In this document: piece by piece, positions 24,527 through 39,401 of the stretch | Layout: each line of letters starts with the position of its first letter | Position numbering within the stretch: the stretch's first letter is position 1 | Source: Eledone cirrhosa | Lineage: Eukaryota | Reading direction: 5' to 3' | DNA: 64,000 bases | Assembly (NCBI GenBank): GCA_964016885.1 | Contig: OZ024740.1 | Location: 288,610,001 to 288,674,000, forward strand | Notes under the pieces: model-generated | Seen by the model: only the letters and a program-made list of their open reading frames with translations | Database searches by the model: none | What the model was told of the DNA's origin: nothing | Program-made: the position numbers and the translations under genes

Positions 24527-27500
24527 CTAACACATACACAGGTATTTGTTTTGCTTCAACATGCAGTTTATGAAGCAGAATTATAATACATTCAGACAAT
24601 ACAGTAAACTCAACCACATGCATGCACATACATACACACACTTTAGTTGTGCTGAGGGCCAGGAAGTTCCCTGGGAATGTCTATATGTTTTATTTAAGTT
24701 GTAAGGTTGTCAGTAAATGTATGTTCCATTTTCAGTGCCATTTCCACTATAATTGTTAGCTGTGAACAGAATCTTGAATATACAAGGGAACTGAAAGGGA
24801 CCATTTGCATATTAAAGATATCAGATAGAGTGTATAGTAGTGATGACTGCACTGGTGTAATTAGATGTTGAAAATAGTAAATAATACTGGAGGAAAAAGT
24901 ACAGTAGTGAATTGATTGTGAAAAGTAAGCTGTAGCATCTTGGGGTCTGTTGTAGAGATTAACAAAGTGTAGGGTTATGAGTGGTATGCCCGATGTAACA
25001 AGAGCAGCTAATTCACGTGAGCAGAAGGGCAAAGCAATAGGACCTCTTTCCTCATGTGGATTTGTAATTAGAGAACATGTATCTGTGAACGCATGCAAAA
25101 CCCAGGATTTCTTGCTGAGTTTTTGGTGTGAGTATAATTTTGGATTACACATCAAGATAACAGTGACGTTTTTTGGGGGGTCTGGCAAGTTAAGTGGTTT
25201 TACGTTTCCCACCTAAACACAGTAAGACACAGGAGGAAATGATGAGCTTAGATATCAGTATGTAGGTGTCTGTAGCAGAGACTGATAGAGACAGATGTGT
25301 GAGGAAGTAGTGAAGTTAGATCTCATAGTCTGAGCAGAGGATGACCAAGTAAGATATAAGGAACTGATGAGATTAGATCTCAGGATGTTCAACCTCACAA
25401 ATAAGATGAACTGTGGAGTGTTGAGCAAATTTCTATAAGCTGCATGCGTGCCCATTAATACAGCAGCCATTACATGTGCCTCAGACTCCCTCCCAATCAC
25501 TGTCAATAGTATTGCTATATATATCTGTATACACACATATATTTATGTGTGTGTATCTATATATATATATATAAGCAGGGTAAATGGATGTTAAACGATG
25601 ATGATATATGTGTGTGCATAACGTTTTTTAAGTCTGTTAGCTGAGAGCTGTGAGATTTGATTCCATGTGCGAGATAGATATATCATTGTTCTACTTTTGC
25701 ATTTCTATGACTGCATGGGTTGCACACACTCAGACATCTGAATAACCAAAGTTATTTTTTGTTTTCTTTTAAGCTATAGACAATGTTTTGGTGTTCACAG
25801 CTTTTTAATGATTACTACAAACATAGCCTCTCTTTTGATCTGTAAGGAGAGAAATTAGAGTTGAGGTTGTCTTGGTTTATTTTTAGTCAAATCTTACATA
25901 GATTTTTGTTTCTTTCTCAATTGATTTTTCTTATCATCATCATCATCATCATCATGTTTCTGGGATGGGTTGGATTGGTTTGCAGTATTGCCTTGCTTCT
26001 TGGTTATATCTTGTGTAAGCTTTAACAACACTGTCTTTGCGTGTTTCTTGGTCTTATCTCTATTCTGCCTACTCTTTTTTTAAATACATACAGGCAACGC
26101 AAAACCTCTCTCTCCAGCCATTATAAGGATCTTAATTCTATATATTGTTGTTGTTGTTTAGCCACAGATCTGCCTTGATCAAGCATACCTATGATTAAAG
26201 ATATTGAGTCTATCTTAGTAAAACATAGTGCATTGAGGCCTACAATATCCAGTGTCTCCTTCCTTTGAAGATGAAAGGGAGTGATTTGAAAGAGCTTTGA
26301 TTGCAATTTCTAGCAGGTGAAATGACCACATAGAGGATCTCATGTGGTGAGCAGTATATTCATATCATCTTACTCTTTGCCCCTCAGCCCATCACTTTCC
26401 TTAGAAATAACTGCTGGTCAATATCAAATGGTCTGTCTTTATACTGCCATGGCATTCCAATGTTGGTTTCACGTCATATGAAGACACAGTCGACAACTGC
26501 ATTTCAATGTCTGTCCTATTTAGCAATTACCAAGTCCATTGAGATAAATACCCAAGTAGTCAATGTCTATTATCATACATTAGGATAAATGCCTAACAAG
26601 ATGGTTACAATTTTGTATAAACAAAGCCACAGTTAAATATTATGCCCATTTGGAAAATAGTGACTACTGTTATACAAATTTTATCAAAAATTTCTCCTTT
26701 GGGAAGTAATGATATTAGTGAGTCAAAAGTGTGCAAAGTGGCACTGCATATTGCATTTTCATGTTGCCTCATGAGACATGGGTGTCTAGATATGACCCAG
26801 AAACTAAACTCGGTCATAGTAAAAGCATTCAACATTCCCAAAATCCTGAAAAGCACATCAGATGCAGGGACATTAGGCATCACAAACACACCAGAAGGAC
26901 CAACAGTTGCAAAGGAGTACTACCAGGGAGTCCCCCAATGGATGCCTGGTGCAATTTGGCACAAGAGGCCAGTTCTGTACACTTCACAAAACTGGAACAA
27001 AAGACAAGATGATCTTGGCTAGAACACCTTTGATCATGTCTGTTTGAAAAGAGCTAAACAACAACTACTTCTGCTAATATATGTCCCAATAATGCCAGTT
27101 TTAATATCAAATATCTCTTTTCTCTTTATAAATTTAATTGAAAAATATTAGAACTTATGCAATTTTTAAGCACTTTTTTTTATAAACTGAAGTATTTTTT
27201 CTTCTGTTGTTTCAAAATATATGAAATTCAATAAAATATTCTATTTTCTTTGGGCTATTTCCCACCCCAAACAATAATCTCAATTTTTAATTTATATGCG
27301 ACATTGAGAACTATATAATTCAAAATACCATTTTCTTATATACATACATGAACATGTGTATCTACATACATACATGAATGTGTGTATATGTATTCATACA
27401 TACATCCACAATCCCACATAAGTCTCTTTTAATATATTTCATTTATATTCAAATAGTTACTCTAAAGAATATATATGAATAGGTTTATTGTTAATCAATA

Positions 27501-30500
27501 TTAGAATATATTTTAAGTCTATTTTTGGTTTGCTACTTTTACCTGACAAGTATTTGGTAATAGTTTCAAGCAAATAAATAATCCAGTTATACACGACTGC
27601 TATCCACTAATGGTACCTATCAACTGCTCTGTGGTCTTTCATGAGCCAAATATTGGGCTTTCATCAACCATATTCTGACAAATTTCAGCTGGCAGTAATC
27701 CAGGGTAGTGTTAGCAGTATAGGAACACCTGTAATAAACACCACAGGAGAGTTATTTAACTGGCTTTCAGGAGTTATAGAGCTGATTTTCGGGAGGTTTG
27801 GAGCTGGCTTTGAAGAACCTGTAAAGCAGGCTTTTAGGTGCTGTAGAACTATCTTTCAGGAGCTGTTGAGCAGCATAAAATGTCCTCAGTATTTTCTCTC
27901 CTTTTTATTACCATTAAATTAATCAAACAGAATATGTGATAAGAAAACCTCAGGGGTGCTGAACAGCAGAAGATCTTCAGAGAACCCTGCCCCCTCCCTC
28001 AAGCAAGTGTTTTGGTCATAATCAGCATACCTTTGGATTACATTGTGGTTCCTCTTTCTGTTCAAACTCTACTGAAATTTCATCATCATTATTACATTAG
28101 AGAGAATCTGGTTTTGAAGTTAATTGAGTCTAACTTGCAGAGTATCAAATGGAATTCATTATAATATTTGGTTTCATACTTCATTGTTCTAAGTTAAACA
28201 TTTTACCATTGAGACAATTCTTTTTTTATTCTTAATTCTCTGGAGTTGATTAAATTAGTCATATATATATATATACTGGGATTGATTCAATCGACTGTAA
28301 CCCTCTATCTTAGAAATATATCCTAGTCAAAAGAAACCATTATCACTCTAGATGTATACTACTACTACCTTGTTCTTCTCCACACATTAGAGATATTATT
28401 TTGACTTTTGACTAAACACATTCATGGTACAAGATTCTATCTCATTAATTAGTGGGATAATGCATTGTTCTACATTTTAAAATGTTGTCATTGTTGTTAT
28501 TTTTTCTCTTGTATTCATTTCTGTTGTCTTTCTTACTCACCTGCTAAGGCACCATTCCTTTGCTCATTGTTATTGATTATTATTATTATTCGGTAGAGTG
28601 TCAGACACCATGCTTTGCAGCATAGAGTTATGGCCCTTTAAATTCTGAGTTCAAATCTGCCGAGGTTAACTTTGCCTTTCATCTTTATGGAGTCGATAAA
28701 ATAAAGTACCAGTAATGCACTGGGGTAATTGCTGGCCTTGTGCCAAAAGTAGAAATATTATCATTATTATTATTATTATCATTTGTTCATAATTATACAC
28801 TATAGTGTGGGTGTTTATTACTAGGAGATAAAAATGTATATTTCAAACAGAAAGTACTTTCTTTAAAGTATCAAAAACAAAAAAAAACAATGACAAAATC
28901 AGTAGAGCGATGAATAAAATGCTTCGAAGCCTATCAGAGTCGACTTTGCCTTTCATCCTTCTTAAATCAATAATGTAAGTACCAGCCAAGTACTGCTGTT
29001 GATTTAATCGACTGTATCCTCTCCACAAATGTGTTTAGCCATCAACCTAGTTAGAGATCATAATACACTGGGGCTGATTTAATCGACTTTCCCCTCCCCC
29101 AAAATTGCTGGCCTTGTGCCTAAAGTAGAAACAATTATTATTATTATTTTTAGAGGGTGGCAGATTGACAGAATTGATAGTCAGACAAAATGCTTTTCAG
29201 CATTTAGTTATGGCCTTTTACATTCTGAGTTCAAATCTCACTAAGGTTAGCTTTGCCTTTCATCCTAACAGGGTCAACAAAATAAAGCATCAGTAATACA
29301 CTGGGGTCAGTTTAACTGACTTCCCCTTCCTCCAAGATTGTTGGCCTTGTGCTTAAATCAGAAACCATTATTGTTATTATTAGAGTTAAACTATGTATTG
29401 TATAGTTATAATTATTCAGATTATTTACCTCACTTTTACAGATGAAAAAATGTTTCCATATCTACATCTGCACTATGTAATAATCAGTTTTATATCCAGT
29501 CACCATCAGGTGCCTTATTCCTGAATGTGTATATAGTACCAAACTGCATTCAAACTTGGAGTATTGAACTAGATTCGAAGTAAGCATACCAGACTGGATT
29601 CAAATGCAAAATCATTGTTTCTAAACTAAGGATAACACTCTGAGCCACTCAACAGTACAGATAAAATGGCAGAGTAGATAGGAGTGCTAGTACCCATTGT
29701 TTAGAAATAAAAGTCCCTAGTTCAAATTCAGTTCAGTACTATACTATATATATACATCCATGAATATGACTCCTGAGGATAATCCAACTGATGAAAACAT
29801 ATTGTAGATGTAAATATTCAAAACCTTTTCATCACTAAAGATGAGCCTAACAGTTTGAAAAAATTATAATTATATTCGCACAATGTCATCTTGTATATGG
29901 AAGGCCAATAAAAGCTTCTTCTGTATGTTTAACATTGATTTATAAATGACTGTTGTACTAACATACTCATCGCTGTAGTTATTTATTTATTTTTTTAAAC
30001 AAAACTGCTGACAGCCATTTATTCTGTTCATGTAGCTTCCTCATACAGTGGTAAGTTATAGACTTTTATGGAAAAAAAAAAAAATGAAAAAAAAAATATT
30101 TAATAAACTGCTCCTGGTGCTGAAGCTCCATTCCCCAAGCCATCCCCTTCATCCATGCCAATTCTATTACAACCTCTGCCCAGCCCAGCATAGCTGATGC
30201 TGCTGTGTTTCTATGCTGAGCAGTTTGATAGCTTTGTTTATTTATTTATTTATTTACACACACACACATTTAATTAAACTTAACCAGCCAGATAAAGTGA
30301 AAAAGATGCTTTAGCCATATATATATATATATATATTTACTTATACATGTATTATTAACAGACATGGGAAAGAGCACTCAATACCAAAGTAGAGTTTAAA
30401 CATTCATTTACTAAGGCTAAATAGTGGGTCTTGTTACTCTCAAGTTTCATCATTTAGCCATAATAAATGAATATATATATATTGGAGTCTGGCTTGGGTC

Positions 30501-32426
30501 AACAATTAGGAAAGCTCTTTTGGCAGCTTTTTTTTCTTGCAGCCAACTAAACAGAAAGTGCCACACTTGTTTAGGGTATTTAATAAACAAGGAAACTAAC
30601 TGATATGTTTCTTAAACAACCCTCTGCTTCTGACCCATGAAATACTGTTGTGTTCTAGGAACTTATAATATTATTTCTAGTAAAAGCAGAATGTTGTCTT
30701 TATGAATGGAAATATTGTATTATGTCATAAACTAGACATGATCTACTGCTGAGGTATGTAAGTGATGTTATTAAGGAATACTTAGCTGGAAATAGCAGCT
30801 AGAAATGAAAGAATGGAATATGTATTCAAAGAAATATTAGAATAGTAACTATCTTGTTAGGTTCTGACCAGTTGCAGATATGAATGTCAGAACTGCTGAT
30901 CAAGTTTATAGGTATGTCACTCATACTATATTGAGTGAAACTTTCAATGCCCAAGTCCATTTTAGCCTAAGTAGGCACCTCAGGTGATGTAATGGAATTA
31001 ATAGTAGTACTATGAAATTGATGAGTAGATAGACCAGATTCATATTCAGGGGAATTTATTTTTCATCTGTGGTGGACTGTACTTAACAGACATTTGTTAG
31101 CTTAAAGTATTAAGTTTAAATCCTAGCATTATATTTGTAAAAACATTCTCCCAAAGTCTGTATGATTCATCACCAATTGATGAATACATCTGATTATAAA
31201 AATTAAAACAGTTGACTATCACAGGTGTGAGAAAATTAAATATTTGTTAGATTAAATTTCCCAGTCAAACCAGCTTGGGTAAGTGAAGTGTCTATGAGAC
31301 TTGACGTGTAGATTGGGTTCATGTCCACTGCAAGTTTAATAGTATCTTTATGTCATACATTTAGCTCTAGTTATCTCAATTCACATGTTGTGAATTTCAC
31401 CTGTAACAGACTGGCATTTTATCCAAGGGTCACAGTGGTGGATATTACTTCTCATCTACTCAACATCATAGAATTAGATAGAACTAAATGTCAGTCTTTA
31501 TCTGACCTTCTCTCTTTCCATCTATTCTAACTTCCTCTCAAGAATAGTATATCACAGTTGTCTTAGGAACTTCTTCAACTTTTCATAATTGCTGGAAAAT
31601 ATTTTTCAAATTTTCCGTGAACAGAATATATTATTGATACATTATTATTTTATCTTTATTTATTTATATTTAAGCAGAAAACCATAAATTTATAGGGTAG
31701 GAAATAAATTATAATCATGCCTTTCTCAAGGACGTTTGTAGTGTAAATGGTGTGAACTTGGTTTCAACCAGGAGTTGAAACTGGTCTGTGGTCTTACCTC
31801 TCCAACTTAACCTTTCATTCCTTGACACTAATTATTTTTAGGCACAGGTATGACTGTGGGTAAGAATTTCACTTTGCAACCATTTGGTTTTGGGTTCAGT
31901 CTTGCTGTGTGGTGACTTGGGTTGACCAATGTCTTGTAAAGGAAATTTGATAGATGAAAACTGCGTGGGAACCCATCATGTGTGTGTGTGTGTGTGTGTG
32001 TCCATGTTTACTGTTTATTCATATCCTTAACTTAAACTTAGTGGTTTGATAGAGACAGATAAAATGAGTGCCAAGCTTGAAAAAATAATTATTGGGATCA
32101 ATATAATGTCCAAAAATGCATAGCATGATTTCTGTTTAATGACTGAAACCTATAAAAGAATTTGTGTTAGAAATCATTAGTAATTAGCAAAATGTTTAAT
32201 ATTTAATAACATTAAGGCCCTATTAATGGACTCTTTGAGTTATTTTGATAAAAATACACTTATATCTCTAGTAAATTTGCTTGAGACTGTTTCTGACCTT
32301 GCTATATTCTCTGCTGAATTTTCTGATATTTTCTTTTACTGCTCTCTTAAATTTCTTCATGTTATTGTTACTCTGCTCTTTTCAGTTTTTTAAATTATTT
32401 TTTTGCTTTATTAGCTACTTTAAAAT

Positions 32427-32492
<66 letters not shown>

Positions 32493-33649
32493 CAAGCAGT
32501 AATTAAAATTTTGTTGTTTATTTCTCTGAGGAAATCTTTTAACAATAGAAGGAAAAAAAATAAATAAATAAACAGTGTAATTAGAATCTGAAAATCCTAT
32601 AAAATTTCCATTAACTTGTATGTTAATATTTTATTACAAAGTTTATTTGGTAGGCCAGGCTAATAAAGTTTAGTGGAATAAATTTCATTTTCATTTATTT
32701 ATTTATTTGTGTATTTAATAGGGAATTTCAAGCATGTAGCAAAGAATGCTACATGTATTATGTTTACCATTGTTCTAAATCAAACTAGGAAACATAAATG
32801 TTTGCTACCATTTCTTGAGCATATTTATGTCTACTTTTATGGTCTTTTTATTTTTTTAATATAAAATTTCAGTTTCAACCAAAATCACCAACAATCTTTA
32901 CTACTACCACCACCACAACCATATGTGCCTTCTACTCTATATTTTATTATTTAAATTACGATTTTTGAATTATATTACATTAGGCTTCCACAGTGTTGTC
33001 CCCTATTATACACACACACTTGTTGATTTTCTTCTAAAATTAGAATATTTATCATCAAATATAATGAATAATCTGGTAGTTAAGTTGAAAGGAGGTGGAC
33101 ATTTAACAAGGTCTTTTGGTACCACATCATCATCATTATCATCAAAATTGCTGTCATCGGGCTTTGTTATGTTTCTGAGCTAGCCACTTAATTTTACTTC
33201 TGATTTCATGCTAATCTAATAGATTATTAGTTAAGTAATTAAGCTGATTTTACTATTCCCTTCTCTGCTCTTCAAAAATTCCTTCATTGTACCTAAGTTA
33301 GAAATTCTTAAGGAAAAGAAAAGGATGTAATTAAAGAATAGATTTTCAGATGAGAGTGATGGCCAAGCAAGAGGTGTGGTGTGAGATAGTGAGAAGCTGA
33401 GGGGGAAAAGTAATTGAAAAAGTGTCAGACTGAGCTAGAATTAATGTGACTCCTTAATGTGTGGTGGAAAGGAGAGAAACAAGTTAGATAGGTACAATAC
33501 ATAAAAACAACCACAAATAGAGTTACAAATTACACTAACATTTTAAAGAGACGATGGGAAAGGATAACAGTATGAGGGTATAAGCAAAGTGGCAGAAGGG
33601 GGAGTGATATAAGTAACATATATACAAACACAGAATCATTTCCAACTCT

Positions 33650-34330
33650 GTGTGTTCTGAATTTAAATCCTGTTGTGGTTAATATTGCCTTTCATCTTTC
33701 CAGGGTCAATAAAATTTAGTACCAGTCAAGTTTTGGGATCAATTTGGCTTTCCTCTCCATTCCCACCAAAAATTGCTGTTTTTTGCCTGAATTAGAAACC
33801 ATTATTATGGTTATGACGGCGGTGGATTGGCAGTATCGGTAGAGAGTCGGACGCCATGCTTTCCAGCATAGTTACGTTCCCTTTACGGTCTGAGTTCAAA
33901 TCCCGCCGAGGTTAACTTTGCCTTTCATCCTTTCGGGGTCGATAAAATAAAGTACCAGTAATGTACTGGGTAATTGCTGGCCTTGTGCCAAAAGTAGAAA
34001 CAATTATTATGGTTATGTATGGTGGATTGGTAGTATCGGTAGAGGGTCAGATCCCATGTTTTGCAGCAAAGAGTTACGGCCCTTTGTGGTCTGAGTTTAA
34101 ATCCCGCCGAGGTTAACTTTGCCTCTCATCCTTACGGGGTCCATAAAATAAAGTACCAGTAATACACTGATTTAATTGCTAGCCTTGTGCCTATAGTAGA
34201 AATCATTATTATGGTTATGTACTCAGTTCTTATCCAACAAGTGTTAACTTTGCTGGACCTTTTCTAAGGTTGATGAATAAGTACCAGTAATATGCCCCAA
34301 ATTTGTAACGATGTGCAATATTAGAAATAA
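33650..34330 (+). mobile_element. Head-to-tail cluster of family B SINEs
   Basis: Full copies at 33818-34010 and 34020-34212, each followed by attattatggttatg. Confidence 0.85.
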
Positions 34331-36467
34331 TTATTAATTATAGTAATAGAAGGAAAAGTAGAGCCATTCTTGGAATTGGTGAGTAGAAAAATGTCAAGCA
34401 GATGCAATACATACTGTAAACACTATATGCCAGTCAAATGCAATACATATTGTCAGAATGCACATATAAAATAGGTACACAAATCTTGAGATATTGATGA
34501 GATTTAGTGTAGACCTTCATTTTTCACTTTACTATTGGGAAGTGGGGTATATTGATGTCTTGTTTCAAGACTTAAGCCACTAAAATCATTGCTGCCACCA
34601 CTTTCATCATGATCATCCTTTTTCTCCTTTGACATCAGTTCTTTGTTTTTAATTCTGATCTTGTAAACCTTGCTCATGAACTAGAAATATGGTAAATAAT
34701 GTTAACAATGATGTATCACATAGATAAGGGATATCATTACCTTATGAGAAAGGTAAAAAGACAGTTTTGATGTTCATAATTTTCTGTGGGAAATTGGTGG
34801 TATGGGTTACAATTAATAACCAAATTTAACTTTGTCTGATGTGTTAATAATAATGATGATGATGATGATGATTTTTAATATCAGTACAAGACAACACATT
34901 TATTCGGGGAGGGGTATAATTGATTAGATCAGCTCCAGTATTTGTCTGGATGGATGAAAGAGAAAGTCTTTTCTCTGCAAGATTTGAACTCAAAACCATT
35001 AACTCTTAATATCTTAAAATGATTTAACAGAAAATATCTTCAATAGTTATATTATTTCAAATGTTTATAGTATATTTATTAGTGGATGGATCATTATGAA
35101 AATTTGCAGTACTGGAGCAAAGACATCAATATTTAATTTGATCTTGGCATAGTGCTTTTTTTCTACTTTTCAAGAATGTCTTGCTCATGTAGTTTCATAT
35201 AGTACTGGTTGTTAAGAGTAAATAATAATAATTGTTTCTATTTTTTGGCACAAGGCCAGCAGTTATCCCAGTGTATTACTGCTACTTTATTTTATCGACC
35301 CCGTAAGGATGAAAGGCAAAGTTAACCTCGGCGGGATTTGAACTCAGTCCGTAAAGGGAAGTAACTCTTTGCTGCAAAGCATGGCGTCCAACCCTCTACC
35401 GATACTGCCAATCCACCGCCAGAGTAAATAATAATAAAGCTATTGGTTATGATGGCAATAATGATGTTGATGACAACAACAACAACAGATCTCTGTCCTC
35501 CATCCCCGTCTGTCTGTCTCTTTAACAAATACATAATTTCTTTGCTTTTGATTTGCTCCATAAAACATTTTGATTTTTGTTAAGTTTAGATTTTCCCTAA
35601 GTGCTCCTAATTAGATTATTGCTATAACTATTGTAGTGTTCCTATTTTAAGAAGTGTGTGTTTGTGATATATGTATGTATCTATCTATGTATGTATGTAT
35701 GTATGTATGTATGTACATGTGTGTGTGTGTATCCAGCATGCCTTCAATCCAACAATTGGAGGTGTTACTATGTGTAGGGTTTCTATTTAGCAATATAATA
35801 CTTCCACCACTGAAACACTTAATCTGCTTAAACTAAACTGACAAAATTTGCTGAATTCAGTATTTTTATCCTATTTATAAAAATCTTATGCAGTAGCAAA
35901 GCCTTTCTTACTGCCTATTCTCAATAAGCTAAAATTTCATAGCCTTACATTCATGTGATTTTTCTTTTTTTTTCTTTTTTTTGCTGCTGCAAAGAATATT
36001 TAGTATAGTTAGGACAAGTAGGTGATGAGTAGAAATAAAATATTCCATTCAAATTAGACATATATTTCCACATATAAGATAGGATTCCTAGTTGCTATGT
36101 CAACAGGCCAGAGCAGTTGTCTGCACCTGTTTGCTTCATCATAATCTCTCAGCCTCTATCTAGCTTCAGCTCCAGCCATGAGCTTGTATTTTCTTTTTGT
36201 TTTATTTTGTTACTTTATTTTATTTTTTATTTATTTATTTTATCTTCAGCTCATCTTTGCTGAGTACTGTTGCTATAATTATTGTAATAATTATTATAAT
36301 TGTCATAATAATAATTATTATTATTGTTACTATTATTATTATTTATTTATGTCTATTTTTATTGGCAGTTTTGTTTCGTATTTTGATTTAATTTTTTTTC
36401 CCAAACATCTTTCAAAAACAAGTGCTCAATGCACATATGCTCACATGCAGTGCACTTGTCCTTGCAT

Positions 36468-36579
<112 letters not shown>

Positions 36580-39350
36580 TACATAGATGTTCAAAAACTG
36601 TCAAATAGAAATATCCTTCTTTTTGACATTGGTCAAATATATTGGTCAACATAGGACTTAATCATAGGGTAATGTTGGCTCAGTGTGGTCAGTAATATAA
36701 TCTAGTAAATTGGTCAGTGTGAAACAGGTTGGTCAGTTGTAAACTAGAGAAGAATCAATAATGGTTCACTAAAACATACTGAGCCATATTTGGTGGCATG
36801 TTTTTACATTCTGTATTAACATCTCATCAGAGGTCAATGGATTGGTAGAGTGTCAGACACCATGCTTTGCAACATAGAGTTGTGGCCCTTTATGTTCTGA
36901 GTTCAGATCCTGCCGATGTTAACTTTGCCTTTCATCCTTATGGGGTTAATAAAATAAAGCACCAGTAATGCACTGGTGTTATTGCTGGCTTTGTGCCAAA
37001 AGTAGAAACAATAAATTAAGTGCCAATGTTTTTTTTATCAACAGTGTTCCAACTGTAATTATCCTACCAATCATTCAGACAATATTTCTAAAACTATATC
37101 TATTAAATGTATCCACCTTTTCAAAATTTTGACTGTTATTTCTAGCAGGTTGAGTGACTACATGGTTCCCTGTTGGCTCGCATAAGTACCAGTAATATAC
37201 TGGATTTTATTCAATTAACTCTACTTTTCTTATACTAGAGCATCTAAGAAAATACTTTTTGATATTGAGTTACATTCTGAGTTGAAATTCTGCTTGGTTT
37301 ACTTTGTCTTTCATCTTTCTGTGGTTGATAAAATATGTACCAGTTGATAAAAATAAGTACTGGGGTCAATGTAATAGACTATACTCTTGTAGAGCAATGC
37401 TCTAGAATGACCACTATTTGATGATAGCAACCAGTAAAAATGTATACACATACAAGACACAGAGTTTGCTTTGCAACCATGTGCTTTTAGGTTCAGTCCT
37501 ACAGCATGGCACATTGGGCAAGTGTCTTCTATAGCCTCGAGTTGACCAATGCTTTGTGAGTGGGATTTTGTAGACAGATACTGCAGAAATGTGTGTGTGT
37601 TTATATATATATGTGTGTGCGTGTGTGTATTGGTGTGTCCATCTGTGTCATATGTATGTATGTCATAGAACTTAGCGATTCAACAAAAGGGAGATCAATA
37701 AAATAAATTCCAGCCTTGAAAAAATAAGTGCTGGGATTAATATGATTGACTAAACAAGGCGGTGCCCTAGCATGACTGCTGTCTTGTGACTGAACCCTAT
37801 TAAAGAATATAAGAATGCAGTAGACTAGTTAAACAATAGGTAAACTTCAAAGAAAAATGTGGATCCATGCATTTTTTTCAGCAGAAGTCACAAGATGGAA
37901 AAACATTCCAGAACATATTTTTAAAAAATGGTAAAGGATCCTTAATACCATCAGGCGTTAAGGATCCTTTACCTGTCACACAGCATTTTTGGGCATTTTA
38001 AACTTGAAGCCTATCCTTCTCCAAGTCAAGACAGCTGATTTATTCCTGAGAGAGAAAGAATTGGTCATAATACTGACCTCAATGAAAGGCGAGATAGTTA
38101 ATTATATTATCAAATTCTTGATTATTTTTATGGTTTGAAAATAGGCTATGGTTTTCATGATAGTGACGACAATGTGACCACAAAAGTGACCACAATAATG
38201 ACCACAATGAAAGCTTTGGCTGCTTGTTATTTAAAGTGATCTTACCATATCCAAATACCAGATTGGTACCTCAAGAGCTGAACCAAAATAATACCATTAA
38301 TGAGAGTCCTGATTATTTGATACTATTAGATTATTATTGCAGTGAAATCATTGATGCCATTCAATCATACATAGGAAGAGACTTCAAAAAGTTTGTCTAT
38401 GTATCTAGAATAAATCATATTGGCAGGGCTCATTCTTCTTCTTTTGACACAGAAGTTGTTGAAATTAGAACTGTAAGATAACAAAGTATCCTTGAAACTC
38501 ATAGAGATGCTACTGCTTACAGTGGTAAACTATGGACTGAAGCCATTAATTGTTTTGGTGCTTTGGCAGTCTGACAGTTTATAAACTTAAAATTATTCAA
38601 TAAGAGATTAGCTATTAATCTTAAGGGAATTTTTACCTTAATCACTAATCTCCTATGAACTCATTATATTGTTTATTTTTGACTCTCATATTCTTACATT
38701 TCTGTTTTTGGATCCATACCTTCTCAGACCTCAAGCACTGTAAGACTTTGCTTAGAACGCATCTTAACTTTTTCTGTGCAACCCAGTTACAAGTTAACTA
38801 TATTAGACTAGCCATGATTTGGATATTTCTGGTACTTAGCATTAAAGGAAAGATAATTTAATATGTTGTAGCAAGAAAGGTAGATAAATCAGTGGAAGAG
38901 AGATAACAGGATAGGTTGAGGTGGAGAGAGAGAATGAGAAAGTGGGACAGCTATAAATAAAGTTAAAAGAAGATAACAAAAAGATAATAAAATATCAAAT
39001 TATACACAATTTTTGCTTTAGATTTCATCATGGATATTTCAATGAATATTCCAGAAAAAGTATCTTAGCCTTCAGATAGGGTTTCCTTGTTATAAATTAC
39101 AACTACCAATTAATGCAATTTGCTTTGACAGATTTTTTCATGTCCTTTCTGACATTAAGTATAGTGAAGTATATATATATAAAGAATAACATTAAGAAAA
39201 ATGCTGATGCTATATAAATCATTTATTCATAATAATTATTTCAATGGTTCTCTTATGCAATCCATGATGTAATTTATGCATTTGTTGTTACGCCGATTTT
39301 GTGATATGCTGCAGGCAAAAAACACATCCTTCTTCTCATGTGGTCGTCTG

Positions 39351-39401
<51 letters not shown>

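Noticed and set aside
24694-25536. 172-aa and 93-aa minus-strand ORFs as a nested gene
   Set aside because: No recognisable domain or splice structure; only a faint RT-like VTSGIP, so probably an old LINE remnant.
26605-27022. Overlapping 93-126 aa ORFs
   Set aside because: No recognisable motifs; likely decayed transposon sequence.
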